Source: an uncultured Pelagibacteraceae bacterium
GTDB taxonomy: Bacteria > Pseudomonadota > Alphaproteobacteria > Pelagibacterales > Pelagibacteraceae
NCBI GenBank assembly: GCA_902514665.1
Contig: CABXRS010000003.1
Coordinates: 3,255-67,254, forward strand
Direction of reading: 5' to 3'
Length of the DNA stretch: 64,000 nt
Position numbers and translations under genes: made by a program. This document shows positions 11,901 to 22,656 of this stretch, in pieces (position 1 is the stretch's first letter; the number at the start of each line of letters is the position of its first letter). The notes beneath the pieces were generated by a model. That model was given only the letters and a program-made list of their open reading frames with translations. It ran no database searches and was not told the DNA's origin.

Positions 11901-13098
11901 TTATGGTTCAAGATTATTTTTTAACAATGGAGATAAAGTTAAAGCAAATACAAAAATTTGTGAATGGGATCCATATACAACACCAGTTATAGCTGAGAAA
12001 AGTGGTGAAGCTAGTTTTGTTGATTTAATTGACGGTGTTTCTATTCAAGAAACTACTGATGATGCAACTGGAATATCTTCTAAATCAGTAATTGACTGGA
12101 GAGGTCAATCAAAAAGCACTGATTTGAAACCAAGAATTACTTTAAGAGATGAAAAGGGGAATGTAATTAAAAAAGCTGACGATAATGAAGCTAGATATTA
12201 TTTAGTTCCAGATTCAATTTTATCAATTAAAGATGGACAAAAAGTTTTTGCTGGAGATGTTATTGCGAGATTACCTAAAGAGACCACTAAAACAAAAGAT
12301 ATTACTGGAGGTCTCCCAAGAGTTGCTGAACTATTTGAAGCAAGAAAAGCAAAAGATAGTGCAATTATTGCTGAAAATGATGGTCAAGTAGTTTTTGGTA
12401 AAGAGGTTAGAGGAAAACAAAGAGTTTCAATTGTACCAGAGGATGGAGCCGAACCTTCAAATTATTTAATACCAAAAGGTAAACACATTAACTTTAATCC
12501 TGGTGAAAAAATTCAAAAAGGTGAATATCTTCTCGATGGTCAGCCATTACCACATGATATCTTAAGAATTCTGGGTATTAAAGAATTAACAGAATATTTC
12601 GTCAACCAAGTTCAAGAAGTTTATAGATTACAAGGTGTAATCATTAACGATAAGCACATTGAAACTATTTTAAGACAAATGTTGAAAAAAGTTGAGGTCA
12701 AAGTATCTGGCGATTCATCATATTTACCTGGAGAAATAATTGACAGAATTAAATTTGATAATGCTAATGAAAAATTAGTTGCAGATGGCAAAAATCCAGC
12801 TGTAGGTGAGAGAGTTTTAATGGGTATCACTAAAGCATCACTACAAACTGAATCATTTATTTCTGCCGCATCTTTTCAAGAAACTACAAGAGTGTTAACT
12901 GATGCAGCTATTAAAGGTAAAGTTGATCCATTAAATGGCCTTAAAGAGAATGTTATTGTTGGTAGATTAGTGCCTGCAGGAACTGGAAACATTAAAAATA
13001 AATGGAACAAAAAAGCTCTTGAAGACGATAATAACTTCTTATCCGAACAAGAAAAAATTGAGAGCCCAGAACCTTCTGAAACACAGGCAAATCAATAA
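8926..13098 (+). CDS. rpoC: RNA polymerase beta' subunit
   Basis: NADFDGD catalytic motif, N-terminal zinc finger CLC..CEKC; 1390 aa. Confidence 0.99.
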   Translation: MKKELTDLFKNTEISEAQNFNSIKISLASPEKIKSWTYGEIKKPETINYRTFRPEKDGLFCARIFGPIKDYECLCGKYKRMKFRGIICEKCGVEVTKSNVRRERMGHINLATPVAHIWFLKSLPSRIALAVDMKLKEIERVLYFENFIVIEPGLTGLQKNQLLNEEELAKYQDEFGEESFTAGIGAEAVLEMLKNLDLEQERKNLVNFIKETKSKVNEERAIKRLKLVESFIETGQKPEWMIMTVVPVIPPELRPLVPLDGGRFATSDLNDLYRRVINRNNRLKRLMDLKAPDIIVRNEKRMLQESVDALFDNGRRGRVITGTGKRPLKSLAEMLKGKQGRFRQNLLGKRVDYSGRSVIVVGPDLKLHECGLPKKMALELFKPFLYARLNKLGLASTIKQAKKLVEKETNAVWDALELIVREHPVLLNRAPTLHRLGVQAFEPKLIEGDAIELHPLTCAAFNADFDGDQMAVHVPLSLEAQLEARILMLSTNNILSPSNGKPIIVPSQDMILGIYYLSQEPVTDKPAGYFVDSDQIEFALSSGQIKVHSTIISRFETLDDKGNKKFEKYTSTAGRFLLANLLPKNSNIKFSLIDRSLPKKVVSEIIDIVFRFCGQKTTVIFCDKLKDLGFKHAFKAGISFGKDDLVIPESKTQLIDDTKKLIADYETQYAEGLITRGEKYNKVVDAWSKCTDKVAGEMMKGISATEKTSEGLKINSVFMMADSGARGSAAQMKQLAGMRGLIAKPSGEIIESPIISNFKEGLTALEYFNSTHGARKGLADTALKTASSGYLTRRLCDVAQDLTITKVKCDSPGFIELSEILEGGNVVVSLSERALGRVTAADVKNPLSGEVIIKKEEMIDEAGCDKIDAAGVKSIKVYSVMTCSSKEGVCAICYGRDLSRGKMVHVGEAIGMISAQSIGEPGTQLTMRTFHVGGTASVKQDSQIVTKSEGTLKILNSNILEDSKKNLIVMGRNTQLSIEDDKGVQIAVYKVAYGSRLFFNNGDKVKANTKICEWDPYTTPVIAEKSGEASFVDLIDGVSIQETTDDATGISSKSVIDWRGQSKSTDLKPRITLRDEKGNVIKKADDNEARYYLVPDSILSIKDGQKVFAGDVIARLPKETTKTKDITGGLPRVAELFEARKAKDSAIIAENDGQVVFGKEVRGKQRVSIVPEDGAEPSNYLIPKGKHINFNPGEKIQKGEYLLDGQPLPHDILRILGIKELTEYFVNQVQEVYRLQGVIINDKHIETILRQMLKKVEVKVSGDSSYLPGEIIDRIKFDNANEKLVADGKNPAVGERVLMGITKASLQTESFISAASFQETTRVLTDAAIKGKVDPLNGLKENVIVGRLVPAGTGNIKNKWNKKALEDDNNFLSEQEKIESPEPSETQANQ

Positions 13099-13127
13099 AA
13101 AAATCGCCTAATACTTGAACTTTTAGT

Positions 13128-13155
13128 TTGACAATGGTCAATTAATAAGTAATTT
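13128..13155 (+). promoter_or_regulatory. Putative sigma70 promoter of the str-S10-spc operon
   Basis: Consensus TTGACA(13128)-N16-TAATTT(13150); the -35 is the left arm of TTGAC-N4-GTCAA. Confidence 0.6.
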
Positions 13156-13164
13156 GGCGATATT

Positions 13165-13231
13165 TTTGGTTGGAATGTAGTGCTTCTAACAGTGCTAAAC
13201 GCTGCCACAAAATAACCTGTCAGTTATTTTC
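13165..13231 (+). ncRNA. Structured rpsL 5' leader (candidate ribosomal-protein autoregulatory element)
   Basis: Stems GTTGGAA/TTCTAAC, CAGTG/CGCTG, AAAATAAC/GTTATTTT in an unusually long, GC-enriched intergenic region. Confidence 0.6.
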
Positions 13232-13265
13232 ATCTAAAAATAAATTAATTAATTTTTAAAAATTT

Positions 13266-13637
13266 ATGCCAACAATTAACCAATTGTTAAGAAAAAAAAG
13301 AGTTAAACAAGTATCGAGGAACAAAGTTCCTGCTTTACAAAAGCAACCTTTGAAGAGAGGTGTTTGCGTTAAAGTTTATACGACTACTCCAAAGAAGCCT
13401 AACTCAGCTTTAAGAAAAGTCGCAAGAGTAAGACTATCAAATGGTTTTGAAGTTACAGCTTATATTCCTGGTGAAGGCCATAATCTTCAAGAACACTCTG
13501 TAGTTCTAATTAGAGGTGGAAGGGTAAAAGATTTACCAGGTGTTAGGTATCATATTCTTAGAGGTAATCTTGATACACAAGGCGTTGCTAACAGAAAACA
13601 AAGAAGATCTTTGTATGGAACAAAAAAAGGTAAGTAA
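13266..13637 (+). CDS. rpsL: 30S ribosomal protein S12
   Basis: [20 protein letters not shown]. Confidence 0.99.
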   Translation: MPTINQLLRKKRVKQVSRNKVPALQKQPLKRGVCVKVYTTTPKKPNSALRKVARVRLSNGFEVTAYIPGEGHNLQEHSVVLIRGGRVKDLPGVRYHILRGNLDTQGVANRKQRRSLYGTKKGK

Positions 13638-14107
13638 TGTCTAGAAAAAAAACCCAACCTAAAAAAAATGTTGTTCCAGATCCAAAATTTAACTCAACAA
13701 TAATTCCAAAACTAATAAATAACATTATGTATGACGGCAAAAGAGGCGTTGCTGCCAAAATAGTTTATGACGCAATTGATAAAATTAAAACCAAAAGCAA
13801 AGATGAGCCAATTAATATTTTTAATGAAGCTATCAATAACATTAAACCAACGGTAGAAGTTAGATCAAGAAGGGTTGGTGGTGCAACTTATCAAGTCCCG
13901 GTTGAGGTTAAAAGTAAAAGAGCACAAGCTTTAGCAATTAGATGGTTAGTAGATTCAGCAAGAAAAAGAAAAGATAAACATATGTCAGATAAAATTTTTA
14001 ATGAGCTTTTTGATGCATATGAAAAAAAAGGAGCTGCAGTTAAAAAAAGAGAGGATGTTCATAAAATGGCAGAGTCAAATAAGGCTTTTGCACATTTTAG
14101 GTGGTAA
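13637..14107 (+). CDS. rpsG: 30S ribosomal protein S7
   Basis: SRRVGGATYQVP, MAESNKAFAHFRW. Confidence 0.99.
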   Translation: MSRKKTQPKKNVVPDPKFNSTIIPKLINNIMYDGKRGVAAKIVYDAIDKIKTKSKDEPINIFNEAINNIKPTVEVRSRRVGGATYQVPVEVKSKRAQALAIRWLVDSARKRKDKHMSDKIFNELFDAYEKKGAAVKKREDVHKMAESNKAFAHFRW

Positions 14108-14113
14108 AAAATT

Positions 14114-16192
14114 ATGGCTAGAACTCATACTTTAGATAAATATAGAAATATTGGGATCATGGCCCACATAGATGCTGGTAAGACAACCACTACTGAAAGA
14201 GTTTTATATTACACAGGTAAAAGCCATAAAATCGGTGAAGTTCATGATGGTGCTGCAACAATGGATTGGATGGAGCAAGAGCAAGAAAGAGGAATTACAA
14301 TTACATCTGCAGCAACTACTTGTTTTTGGAATGATCATAGAATTAATATAATCGATACTCCAGGTCACGTAGATTTTACAATCGAAGTTGAAAGATCACT
14401 TAAAGTTTTAGATGGAGCTGTTGCAGTATTTGATGGAGTAGCAGGTGTAGAGCCACAATCAGAAACTGTATGGAGACAAGCAGATAAATATAAAGTTCCT
14501 CGAATTTGTTTTGTTAACAAATTAGACAGAACTGGCGCTGATTTCTTTAGATGTGTAGATATGATTAAAGATAGATTAGGTGCAAAACCTTTAGTGCTTC
14601 AGGTTCCTATTGGTGCAGAAGCTTCTTTAACAGGTGTTGTTGATTTAGTAAAAATGAAAGCACAAGTATGGAAAAACGAAGCTCTGGGAGCAGAATGGGA
14701 ATATAAAGATATCCCAGATGATTTAAAAGAAATTTCACGAAAATATAGAACAGAATTAGTTGAAACAGCTGTTGAGCAAGATGAAAAACTTATGGAAGCT
14801 TATTTAAATGGAGATGAAATCAAAGAGGAAGATTTAATTAAATGTATAAGAAGTGGAACTTTAAATTTTAGTTTTGTACCAGTTTTAACTGGTTCAGCAT
14901 TTAAAAACAAAGGTGTACAGCCTTTACTTGATGCTGTTGTTCATTACTTACCAAGTCCTGTTGATATTGGTTCTATTAAAGGAGCTAAATTAGGGTCTGA
15001 AGATGAGATGGAAATGAAATTTGATGACAATGTACCATTTTCAGCTCTAGCTTTTAAAGTTGCTAACGATCCATTTGTTGGTTCTTTAACTTTTATAAGA
15101 ATTTATTCAGGAACAGTTAAAACTGGAACTGCTGTATTTAACTCATCAAAAGAAAAAGAGGAAAGAGTTGGGAGGATGCTTTTAATGCATGCTAACTCAA
15201 GAGAAGACATTAAAGAAGCCAATGCTGGTGATATAGTTGCTTTAGCTGGATTAAAAAATACCATTACTGGTCATACTTTATGTGATGAGGAAAATTCTGT
15301 TTTACTTGAACCTATGGAATTCCCTGATCCAGTTATCGAAATTGCAGTAGAACCAAAAACAAAAGCTGACCAAGAAAAAATGGGTGAAGCTTTAGGTAGA
15401 TTAGCGAAAGAGGATCCATCATTTAGAGTAACTTCTGATGAAGAGTCTGGCCAAACTATAATTAAAGGTATGGGCGAGCTACACTTAGACATTATTGTTG
15501 ATAGAATGAAAAGAGAATTTAAAGTTGAAGCTAATGTTGGTGCTCCTCAAGTTGCATATAGAGAAACGATTGAAGCTGCTTCTGAGGTTGAATATACACA
15601 CAAAAAACAAAGTGGTGGTGCAGGACAATTTGCTAAAGTTAAATTATTAGTTGAGCCACAAGAGGCTGGCAAAGGTAGAGAAGTTGAAAGTAAAATCAAA
15701 GGTGGAGCAATTCCTAAAGAATTCATACCTGGTGTAGAAAAAGGAATTGAAACAATATCAGATGGTGGAATTTTAGCTGGTTTCCCAATGATAGATTACA
15801 AGGTAACTATTTTAGATGGACTTCATCACGACGTTGACTCAAGTGTATTAGCTTTTGAATTAGCTAGTAGAGCTTGTTTCAAAGAAGCGTGCACAAAAGG
15901 TGGTTTAAAGCTATTAGAACCAGTTATGAGAGTTGAAGTAGTAACACCGGAAGACTATATGGGTGATGTTATAGGAGATCTAAACAGCAGAAGAGGCCAG
16001 ATTAGCACTCAAGAGCAAAGAGGTAACGCAACTGTAATTACAGCAATGGTACCTTTAGCAAATATGTTTGGATACATTAATAATTTAAGGTCAATGTCAC
16101 AAGGAAGAGCACAATATTCTATGTTTTTTGATCATTATTCTAAAGTCCCACAAAATGTCCAGGATGAAGTAACTAAAAAGATTGCAGGTTAG
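14114..16192 (+). CDS. fusA: Elongation factor G
   Basis: [24 protein letters not shown]. Confidence 0.99.
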   Translation: MARTHTLDKYRNIGIMAHIDAGKTTTTERVLYYTGKSHKIGEVHDGAATMDWMEQEQERGITITSAATTCFWNDHRINIIDTPGHVDFTIEVERSLKVLDGAVAVFDGVAGVEPQSETVWRQADKYKVPRICFVNKLDRTGADFFRCVDMIKDRLGAKPLVLQVPIGAEASLTGVVDLVKMKAQVWKNEALGAEWEYKDIPDDLKEISRKYRTELVETAVEQDEKLMEAYLNGDEIKEEDLIKCIRSGTLNFSFVPVLTGSAFKNKGVQPLLDAVVHYLPSPVDIGSIKGAKLGSEDEMEMKFDDNVPFSALAFKVANDPFVGSLTFIRIYSGTVKTGTAVFNSSKEKEERVGRMLLMHANSREDIKEANAGDIVALAGLKNTITGHTLCDEENSVLLEPMEFPDPVIEIAVEPKTKADQEKMGEALGRLAKEDPSFRVTSDEESGQTIIKGMGELHLDIIVDRMKREFKVEANVGAPQVAYRETIEAASEVEYTHKKQSGGAGQFAKVKLLVEPQEAGKGREVESKIKGGAIPKEFIPGVEKGIETISDGGILAGFPMIDYKVTILDGLHHDVDSSVLAFELASRACFKEACTKGGLKLLEPVMRVEVVTPEDYMGDVIGDLNSRRGQISTQEQRGNATVITAMVPLANMFGYINNLRSMSQGRAQYSMFFDHYSKVPQNVQDEVTKKIAG

Positions 16193-16194
16193 TT

Positions 16195-16503
16195 ATGGAA
16201 AAACAGAACATTAGAATTAAACTTAGAGCCTACGATAACAAAGTATTAGATGCGTCAACTGAAGAAATAGTTAATACCGTAAAGAGAACTGGCGCTACAA
16301 TTAAGGGTCCAATTCCTCTACCGACAAGAATAGAGAGATACACTGTACTAAGATCTCCTCATATTGATAAAAAAAGTAGAGAACAATTTGAGACCAGAAC
16401 ACACAAAAGATTAATAGATATTATTGAGCCAACACCACAAACAGTAGAAGCATTAATGAAGTTAGATTTAGCTTCAGGTGTAGATGTGGAAATAAAAATT
16501 TAA
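16195..16503 (+). CDS. rpsJ: 30S ribosomal protein S10
   Basis: [20 protein letters not shown]. Confidence 0.99.
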   Translation: MEKQNIRIKLRAYDNKVLDASTEEIVNTVKRTGATIKGPIPLPTRIERYTVLRSPHIDKKSREQFETRTHKRLIDIIEPTPQTVEALMKLDLASGVDVEIKI

Positions 16504-16505
16504 TT

Positions 16506-17216
16506 ATGAGTGAAATAGCTTTAATAGGTAAAAAAATTGGAATGACTAGAGAATTCTATAAATCTGGTCAGATAGTGCCGGTTACAGTTTTAAAAGTTGA
16601 GAAGGCTAGAGTTATTCAAGTTATTGAAGAAGAAAACCGAGGATATAAAGCAGTGCAGCTTGGCTATGGTAAGATTAAAAATTCGAAGCTAACAAAGGCT
16701 ATGAAAGGTTTTTTTGCTAAAAAAAATACTGAAGCAAAGAAGAAATTGAAAGAATTTAGGGTAAATGACACTTCTGTATACAAAGAAGGTAATGAGTTCG
16801 GTTTGGAAATTTTCAAGGATACTAAATTTGTAGACACAAGATCAAAAACTATTGGTAAAGGTTTTGCAGGTGCTATGAAAAGACACAATTTTGGTGGTTT
16901 AAGAGCTAGTCATGGAGTATCTATCTCTCACAGAGCACATGGTTCAACAGGCCATAGCCAAGATCCAGGAAAAGTTTTCAAAGGTAAGAAAATGGCTGGT
17001 CATATGGGAGATAAATTAAGAACTATGCAAAATATTGAAATTATTAAAACAGATTTAGAAAACGAACTACTTTATTTAAAAGGATCAATTCCAGGTTCAA
17101 AAAATTCAGAAGTATTAGTTAAGGGTTCAGTAAAAAATATTAGTAAAATGACTATAACTGAAAAACTAGCCGCTGCTGAGCAAGCAAAAAAAACACCTGA
17201 TAAAAAGAAAAAATAA
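16506..17216 (+). CDS. rplC: 50S ribosomal protein L3
   Basis: GKKIGMT, GKGFAGAMKRHNF, KGKKMAGHMG. Confidence 0.98.
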   Translation: MSEIALIGKKIGMTREFYKSGQIVPVTVLKVEKARVIQVIEEENRGYKAVQLGYGKIKNSKLTKAMKGFFAKKNTEAKKKLKEFRVNDTSVYKEGNEFGLEIFKDTKFVDTRSKTIGKGFAGAMKRHNFGGLRASHGVSISHRAHGSTGHSQDPGKVFKGKKMAGHMGDKLRTMQNIEIIKTDLENELLYLKGSIPGSKNSEVLVKGSVKNISKMTITEKLAAAEQAKKTPDKKKK

Positions 17217-17839
17217 TGAAATTAGATAAAATTAGTATTGATGGAAAAAAGGATAGCATTGAGGTGCTAGATAAAATTTTCTCAGCAAAAATTAACAATA
17301 AACTTGTTAGCAGTGTACTTTATAAAACAAATGCGAATTATAAAGGCAGACATGCAAAAACTAAGCAGCAAAATGAAGTTAGAGGTCCAACTTCTAAAAT
17401 CTATGCACAAAAAGGTACGGGTGGAGCTAGACACGCAAGTCGTAAAGCTCCAATTTTTGTTGGTGGTGGTATAGCACACGGACCAAAAGGTGAACTAGCC
17501 TACAAAAAAAGAAAATTAAATAAAAATGAAAAAAAATTGAGTGTTGCATCACTAATTACAGAAAAAAATAATAATAAGAATTTGTTAATTTTAAATGACT
17601 TTAGTTCTGAAATTAAAAAAACTAAAGAAATGAGCTCAATAATTAATAAACTAGAAATTTCAAATTCACTATTAATTCTAGATAAAAATTCTAAGGAAAA
17701 AATTGAAAAATCTGCAAGAAATATCCCAAACGTTAAAGTTACAGATGTCAATCATTTTAGTGCTTACGACATTATTAAATTTAAAAAAGTTGTATTTACG
17801 GAAAGTTCAGTAAAAGAACTAGAAAAGAGATATTCTTAA
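17216..17839 (+). CDS. rplD: 50S ribosomal protein L4
   Basis: QKGTGGARH, GGGIAHGP. Confidence 0.97.
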   Translation: MKLDKISIDGKKDSIEVLDKIFSAKINNKLVSSVLYKTNANYKGRHAKTKQQNEVRGPTSKIYAQKGTGGARHASRKAPIFVGGGIAHGPKGELAYKKRKLNKNEKKLSVASLITEKNNNKNLLILNDFSSEIKKTKEMSSIINKLEISNSLLILDKNSKEKIEKSARNIPNVKVTDVNHFSAYDIIKFKKVVFTESSVKELEKRYS

Positions 17840-17840
17840 A

Positions 17841-18134
17841 ATGGATAAAATACATTTATACGACAAAATTCTTTCACCAGTTGTTACAGAGAAATCAACA
17901 AATTTGTCTGAGTTAAATAAGATTACATTTAAAGTACCTGATGGCGCTAACAAAAAAAATCTTAAAAAAAATATTGAAAAAATTTTTAAAGTAAATGTTA
18001 CAAAGATTAATATTATAAATAAGCAGAACAGAACTAAGGTTACTAGAGGAAAAAAAGTAAAAGTTTCAGGATATAAAAAAGCAATAATTACTCTTAAAAA
18101 AGGTCAGAGTATTGATCTAACTACAGGAATTTAA
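17841..18134 (+). CDS. rplW: 50S ribosomal protein L23
   Basis: PVVTEKS, KKAIITL; synteny. Confidence 0.97.
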   Translation: MDKIHLYDKILSPVVTEKSTNLSELNKITFKVPDGANKKNLKKNIEKIFKVNVTKINIINKQNRTKVTRGKKVKVSGYKKAIITLKKGQSIDLTTGI

Positions 18135-18137
18135 TAA

Positions 18138-18977
18138 ATGGCATTAAAAACTTTTAAACCGTATACAAAATCTACTAGAGGGACTATTTTAGTTGATAGA
18201 ACTGGACTATGGAAAGGTAAACCTTTCAAGTCACTTGTTTCTCCTAAAAATGCCATGAAAGGTAGAAATAATAATGGTCATATTACTTCAATAAACAGAG
18301 CTGGTGGTCACAAAAAAATGTACAGACATGTTGACTTTTATAGAAAGAAATTTGACATGGAAGCTACTGTTGAAAGAGTAGAATACGATCCAAATAGATC
18401 ATGCTATATTATGTTGGTTAAGTTTGAAGATGGAACTCACGCTTATTTTCTTGCACCTCAAAAAATAAAAGTAGGTGACAAAATTGAAAGTGGATCTAAA
18501 AAAGAGATCAAGATTGGTAACTGCATGCCATTACAAGATATACCGGTTGGTATAAATATTCATAATGTAGAAATTCAACCTGGTGGTGGAGGAAAAATTG
18601 CAAGATCAGCAGGATCTTCTGTAACAATTAGCGGTTTAGATGGAAACTACAGTTTAATTAAACTTGCATCAGGTGAAGTTAGAAAAATTGATTCTAGAGC
18701 TTTAGCTACAATAGGAATTTTAAGTAATCCCGATCAAAAAAATATTAAAATTGGAAAAGCAGGTAGATCAAGATGGTTAGGAAGAAGACCACATACAAGA
18801 GGTGTTGTTAAAAATCCTGTAGATCACCCACATGGAGGTGGTGAAGGTAAATCTGCTGGTGGTAGACATCCTGTTTCGCCTACAGGTCAATCAGCCAAAG
18901 GATTAAAAACTAGAGATAATAAGAGAACAGATAAGTTTATAGTCAAAAGAAGAAACAAAAGGAAGGATACTAAGTAA
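18138..18977 (+). CDS. rplB: 50S ribosomal protein L2
   Basis: [19 protein letters not shown]. Confidence 0.99.
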   Translation: MALKTFKPYTKSTRGTILVDRTGLWKGKPFKSLVSPKNAMKGRNNNGHITSINRAGGHKKMYRHVDFYRKKFDMEATVERVEYDPNRSCYIMLVKFEDGTHAYFLAPQKIKVGDKIESGSKKEIKIGNCMPLQDIPVGINIHNVEIQPGGGGKIARSAGSSVTISGLDGNYSLIKLASGEVRKIDSRALATIGILSNPDQKNIKIGKAGRSRWLGRRPHTRGVVKNPVDHPHGGGEGKSAGGRHPVSPTGQSAKGLKTRDNKRTDKFIVKRRNKRKDTK

Positions 18978-19273
18978 TGGCTAGAGCAGTTTGGAAGGGA
19001 CCTTTTGTAGAAGAAAGTTTAATAAAAAAAGTTGATAAATATAAAGATGACCCAAAAAAAATTCCTATTAAAACATGGTCAAGAAAATCAACTATTTTAC
19101 CAGATTTTGTAGGAGTTAGTTTTCAAATTTATAATGGAAAAAAATTTATTCCAATTACGGTATCAGAAGATATGGTTGGACATAAGCTGGGTGAATTTGC
19201 ACCGACAAGAACTTTTTTTGGTCATACTCCAGCAGATAAGAAAGCTAAACCTGCTACAGCAGAGAAGAAGTAA
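18977..19273 (+). CDS. rpsS: 30S ribosomal protein S19
   Basis: [18 protein letters not shown]. Confidence 0.98.
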   Translation: MARAVWKGPFVEESLIKKVDKYKDDPKKIPIKTWSRKSTILPDFVGVSFQIYNGKKFIPITVSEDMVGHKLGEFAPTRTFFGHTPADKKAKPATAEKK

Positions 19274-19275
19274 TT

Positions 19276-19674
19276 ATGAGTAAAAAAAAGAAAATTGATA
19301 AAAATAACAATAAGACTGTAAAGTCTATCAATAATGGTGTGAGATCAAGTGTTAGAAAACTTAATCCAATATTAAAGAGTATTGTTGGGAAAAAAGCTGA
19401 AGTAGCAATTAGAGATTTACAGTTTTCTGAAAAAAGAATTACGAGAGATATCAGAAAAACAATTAGCTCAGCGGTTGCAAACGCAGAAAATAACTTTCAG
19501 TATGACATTGATAATCTAGTTGTGAAAGAAGCATATTGTGGAAAAAAAATAGTAATGAAAAGATTTAGACCTCGTGCAAAAGGGAGAGCTGCTCCTATTT
19601 TAAAACCTTGGTCAACGGTTACAATAATATTATCAGAAACAAAAAAAATGGAGAAGCATGGGGCAAAAAGTTAA
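19276..19674 (+). CDS. rplV: 50S ribosomal protein L22
   Basis: SAVANAENN, KRFRPRAKGRA. Confidence 0.97.
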   Translation: MSKKKKIDKNNNKTVKSINNGVRSSVRKLNPILKSIVGKKAEVAIRDLQFSEKRITRDIRKTISSAVANAENNFQYDIDNLVVKEAYCGKKIVMKRFRPRAKGRAAPILKPWSTVTIILSETKKMEKHGAKS

Positions 19675-20338
19675 TCCTGTAGGTTTTAGGTTAGGCGTGA
19701 ACAGAGGATGGGACTCTGTTTGGTTCGCTAAGAAAAAAGAATTTGGTAACTACTTAATCGAGGATTTTAAAATCCGTGAATATATAAAGAAAAACGTTAT
19801 TAACTCTGGTGTATCCAAAGTTATGATTGAACGAACTTCTAACAAGTGTTACGTGACCATTTATACATCAAGACCTGGTTTTGTGATTGGAAAAAAGGGA
19901 AGTGACATTGATAAAATAAAAAATAATCTATCAAAATTTACTACCAATGAAGTAAATTTAAACATTAAAGAAGTAAAAAAACCTGAGACCAATGCTTATT
20001 TAGTAGCAGAAAATATTGCGCAACAACTTGTTAAAAGAATTTCATATAGAAGAGCTATGAAAAGGTCAATGCAATCTTGTATTAGATTAGGGGCCAAAGG
20101 TATCAAAGTGTCTGTTAGTGGAAGATTAGGAGGAAACGAAATCGCTAGAACAGAGTGGTTAAGAGATGGAAGCATACCCTCACACACTTTAAGAGCTGAT
20201 ATTGATTATGCTGAAGCAGAAGCACTAACTACTTATGGAATTATTGGAATTAAAGTTTGGATTTATAAAGGTGAAGTTTTTGCAAAAGAATTTAGCCAAG
20301 AAACTAATAAAGCAACACCTCAAGAGGGCAAACAGTAA
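19658..20338 (+). CDS. rpsC: 30S ribosomal protein S3
   Basis: [33 protein letters not shown]. Confidence 0.98.
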   Translation: MGQKVNPVGFRLGVNRGWDSVWFAKKKEFGNYLIEDFKIREYIKKNVINSGVSKVMIERTSNKCYVTIYTSRPGFVIGKKGSDIDKIKNNLSKFTTNEVNLNIKEVKKPETNAYLVAENIAQQLVKRISYRRAMKRSMQSCIRLGAKGIKVSVSGRLGGNEIARTEWLRDGSIPSHTLRADIDYAEAEALTTYGIIGIKVWIYKGEVFAKEFSQETNKATPQEGKQ

Positions 20339-20748
20339 TGTTACAACCAGTTAGAACTAAGTGGAGAAAAGCACACAAAGGGAGAATTCATGGGACTGCT
20401 ACAAGAGCAAGCACCATTAATTATGGAGCTTATGCATTAAAAGCTTTGGAACCTGAAAGAGTTACTGGAAAACAAATTGAAGCAGCAAGAGTAGCTTTAA
20501 CAAGACATATGAAAAGACAAGGTAGAGTTTGGACAAGGATTTTCCCAAATATACCAGTCTCCAAGAAACCTATTGAGGTTAGAATGGGAAAAGGAAAAGG
20601 ATCTCCTGAATATTTCGCATGTAGAGTTAAACCTGGAAGAATTTTATTTGAGGTTGACGGTGTTTCAGAACAAATAGCAAAAGAGGCTTTGTATAAAGCT
20701 TCAGCAAAATTACCAATTAAAACAAAAACAATTAAAAGATTTGTATAA
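20338..20748 (+). CDS. rplP: 50S ribosomal protein L16
   Basis: QIEAAR, RMGKGKG. Confidence 0.98.
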   Translation: MLQPVRTKWRKAHKGRIHGTATRASTINYGAYALKALEPERVTGKQIEAARVALTRHMKRQGRVWTRIFPNIPVSKKPIEVRMGKGKGSPEYFACRVKPGRILFEVDGVSEQIAKEALYKASAKLPIKTKTIKRFV

Positions 20749-20939
20749 TGAAAAAGCAAGAAATAAAAAAATTATCTAAAGATGAAACTTTGAAAAATAT
20801 TGAGAAGCTTAAAAAAGATCTTTTTAATTTTAGATTTCAAAAAATGAATTCACAAATAACAAATCCAGCTAAAATTTCAGAAACAAGAAAGACAATAGCA
20901 AGATTAAAAACTGTTTTAAAGGGGAAAATAAATGCCTAA
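20748..20939 (+). CDS. rpmC: 50S ribosomal protein L29
   Basis: LFNFRFQ, RKTIARLKT; synteny. Confidence 0.96.
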   Translation: MKKQEIKKLSKDETLKNIEKLKKDLFNFRFQKMNSQITNPAKISETRKTIARLKTVLKGKINA

Positions 20940-21168
20940 AAAAATATTAACAGGTGTCGTTATAAGTGATAAGCCAAACAAAACAATCACTGTTATGGTT
21001 GAGCGAAAGTATTCACATCCTGTTCTTAAAAAAGTAATTAGGGTTAGAAAAAATTATAATGCTCATGATGAAAATAATAAATTTAAAACTGGTGATAAGG
21101 TATCAATAGTTGAAAGTAAGCCTTTTTCAAAAAATAAAAAATTTCAAGTTATGGAGAATTCAAAGTAA
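20932..21168 (+). CDS. rpsQ: 30S ribosomal protein S17
   Basis: GVVISDK..KTITV, AHDE, GDKV. Confidence 0.97.
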   Translation: MPKKILTGVVISDKPNKTITVMVERKYSHPVLKKVIRVRKNYNAHDENNKFKTGDKVSIVESKPFSKNKKFQVMENSK

Positions 21169-21536
21169 TGATAGGTGTTCAAACAGAATTACAAGTAGCT
21201 GATAATACTGGTGCAAAAAGAATTGAGTGTATTAAAGTTCTTGGTGGATCTAAAAGAAGATACGCAAGTATTGGAGACACTATAGTTATAGCTGTTAAAG
21301 AAGCTATACCCAAAGGCAAAGTTAAGAAGGGTACAGTCCATAAAGCTGTTGTTGTTAGAGTAAAAAAAGGAATACATAGAAACGATGGTTCGAAAGTAAA
21401 ATTTGATAATAATGCAGCAGTTTTAGTAGATGATAAAGGCGAACCAGTTGGTACTAGAATTTTTGGACCGGTTACAAGAGAATTAAGAAACAAGGGTCAA
21501 ATGAAGATCATCTCATTAGCGCCGGAGGTTTTATAG
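21168..21536 (+). CDS. rplN: 50S ribosomal protein L14
   Basis: [23 protein letters not shown]. Confidence 0.99.
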   Translation: MIGVQTELQVADNTGAKRIECIKVLGGSKRRYASIGDTIVIAVKEAIPKGKVKKGTVHKAVVVRVKKGIHRNDGSKVKFDNNAAVLVDDKGEPVGTRIFGPVTRELRNKGQMKIISLAPEVL

Positions 21537-21537
21537 T

Positions 21538-21786
21538 ATGATTAAAAAGGGTTTAAAAGTTAGAGTTTTGACTGGTAAAGATAGAAAAAAAGAAGGAGAA
21601 GTTATTGAAATCGATAGATCAAATAATAGAGCAAAAGTAAAAGAAATTAATATGGTAAAAAAACATGTAAAAACAACTAAAGAGAAAAAAGGTGGAATTT
21701 TTCCTAAAGAGAGCTTTATTCATTTGTCTAACTTAAAGTTAGTCGATGAAAAAGCTGCCAAAAAGAAAGAGGCTAAAAAAATATGA
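21538..21786 (+). CDS. rplX: 50S ribosomal protein L24 (short form)
   Basis: KOW IKKG..V.VLTGKD, IHLSN; 82 aa. Confidence 0.95.
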   Translation: MIKKGLKVRVLTGKDRKKEGEVIEIDRSNNRAKVKEINMVKKHVKTTKEKKGGIFPKESFIHLSNLKLVDEKAAKKKEAKKI

Positions 21787-22337
21787 CACCAAGATTAAAA
21801 GAAATTTTCAATAAAGAAATTCAACCAGCCTTGAAAGATCAATTTGGATTTAAAAATATTTATATGGCACCAAAAATTGAAAAAATAGTTTTAAATATGG
21901 GCCTTGGTTTAGATGCCTCAGATTCAAAAACTTTAAAATCTAGTGAGGAAGATATGGCTAAAATTACTGGACAAAAACCAGTTACAACTAAGTTTAAAAA
22001 GTCAGTTGCAAATTTTAAAACAAGAAAAGGATCTAACTCTGGTTTAAAAGTTACACTTAGAAAGAATAAAATGTATGAATTTTTAGATAGATTAGTGAAT
22101 ATTGCTCTTCCAAGAATTAAAGATTTTAGAGGATTATCTCCCAAGGGTTTTGACAAGTTTGGTAATTATACTTTCGGTATTAAAGAACACATTATTTTTC
22201 CTGAAGTTAGCTTTGATAGAGCCGATAAGGTGAGAGGCTTAGATATTACAATTGTAATTAAAGCGATTAGTAAAGAACATAGTTTTGCATTATTAGAAAA
22301 AATGAATTTTCCATTTATAAAAAAAGGAGATAATTAA
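21783..22337 (+). CDS. rplE: 50S ribosomal protein L5
   Basis: [23 protein letters not shown]. Confidence 0.98.
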   Translation: MTPRLKEIFNKEIQPALKDQFGFKNIYMAPKIEKIVLNMGLGLDASDSKTLKSSEEDMAKITGQKPVTTKFKKSVANFKTRKGSNSGLKVTLRKNKMYEFLDRLVNIALPRIKDFRGLSPKGFDKFGNYTFGIKEHIIFPEVSFDRADKVRGLDITIVIKAISKEHSFALLEKMNFPFIKKGDN

Positions 22338-22339
22338 AG

Positions 22340-22645
22340 ATGGCTAAATTAAGTGCTGTAAATAAAAATAAAAGAAGGATCAAATTATCTAACAAGCTTT
22401 ACAAGAAAAGAGAAGCTTTAAAGAAAGTAGTGATGAATAAGAAAATCACTCTTGAAGAAAGATTTAAGGCACAACAAAAATTATCTAAATTGCCAAGAAA
22501 CTCGGCAAAAACTAGGGTAATGAATAGATGTGAGATAACGGGAAGACCGCATGGAGTTTATAGAAAATTAAAAATTTCGAGAATTGCATTAAGACAATTA
22601 GGATTGCAAGGAAAGATACCAGGACTGGTTAAATCTAGCTGGTAG
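22340..22645 (+). CDS. rpsN: 30S ribosomal protein S14 (long, non-zinc type)
   Basis: NRCEITGRPHG, IPGLVKSSW; single Cys. Confidence 0.98.
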   Translation: MAKLSAVNKNKRRIKLSNKLYKKREALKKVVMNKKITLEERFKAQQKLSKLPRNSAKTRVMNRCEITGRPHGVYRKLKISRIALRQLGLQGKIPGLVKSSW

Positions 22646-22656
22646 AAAGGATAATT

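Noticed and set aside
6380-13550. Rifampicin or streptomycin resistance alleles in rpoB and rpsL
   Set aside because: The RpoB cluster I sequence ([23 protein letters not shown]) and the S12 lysines (TPKKPN, RVKD) look wild type.
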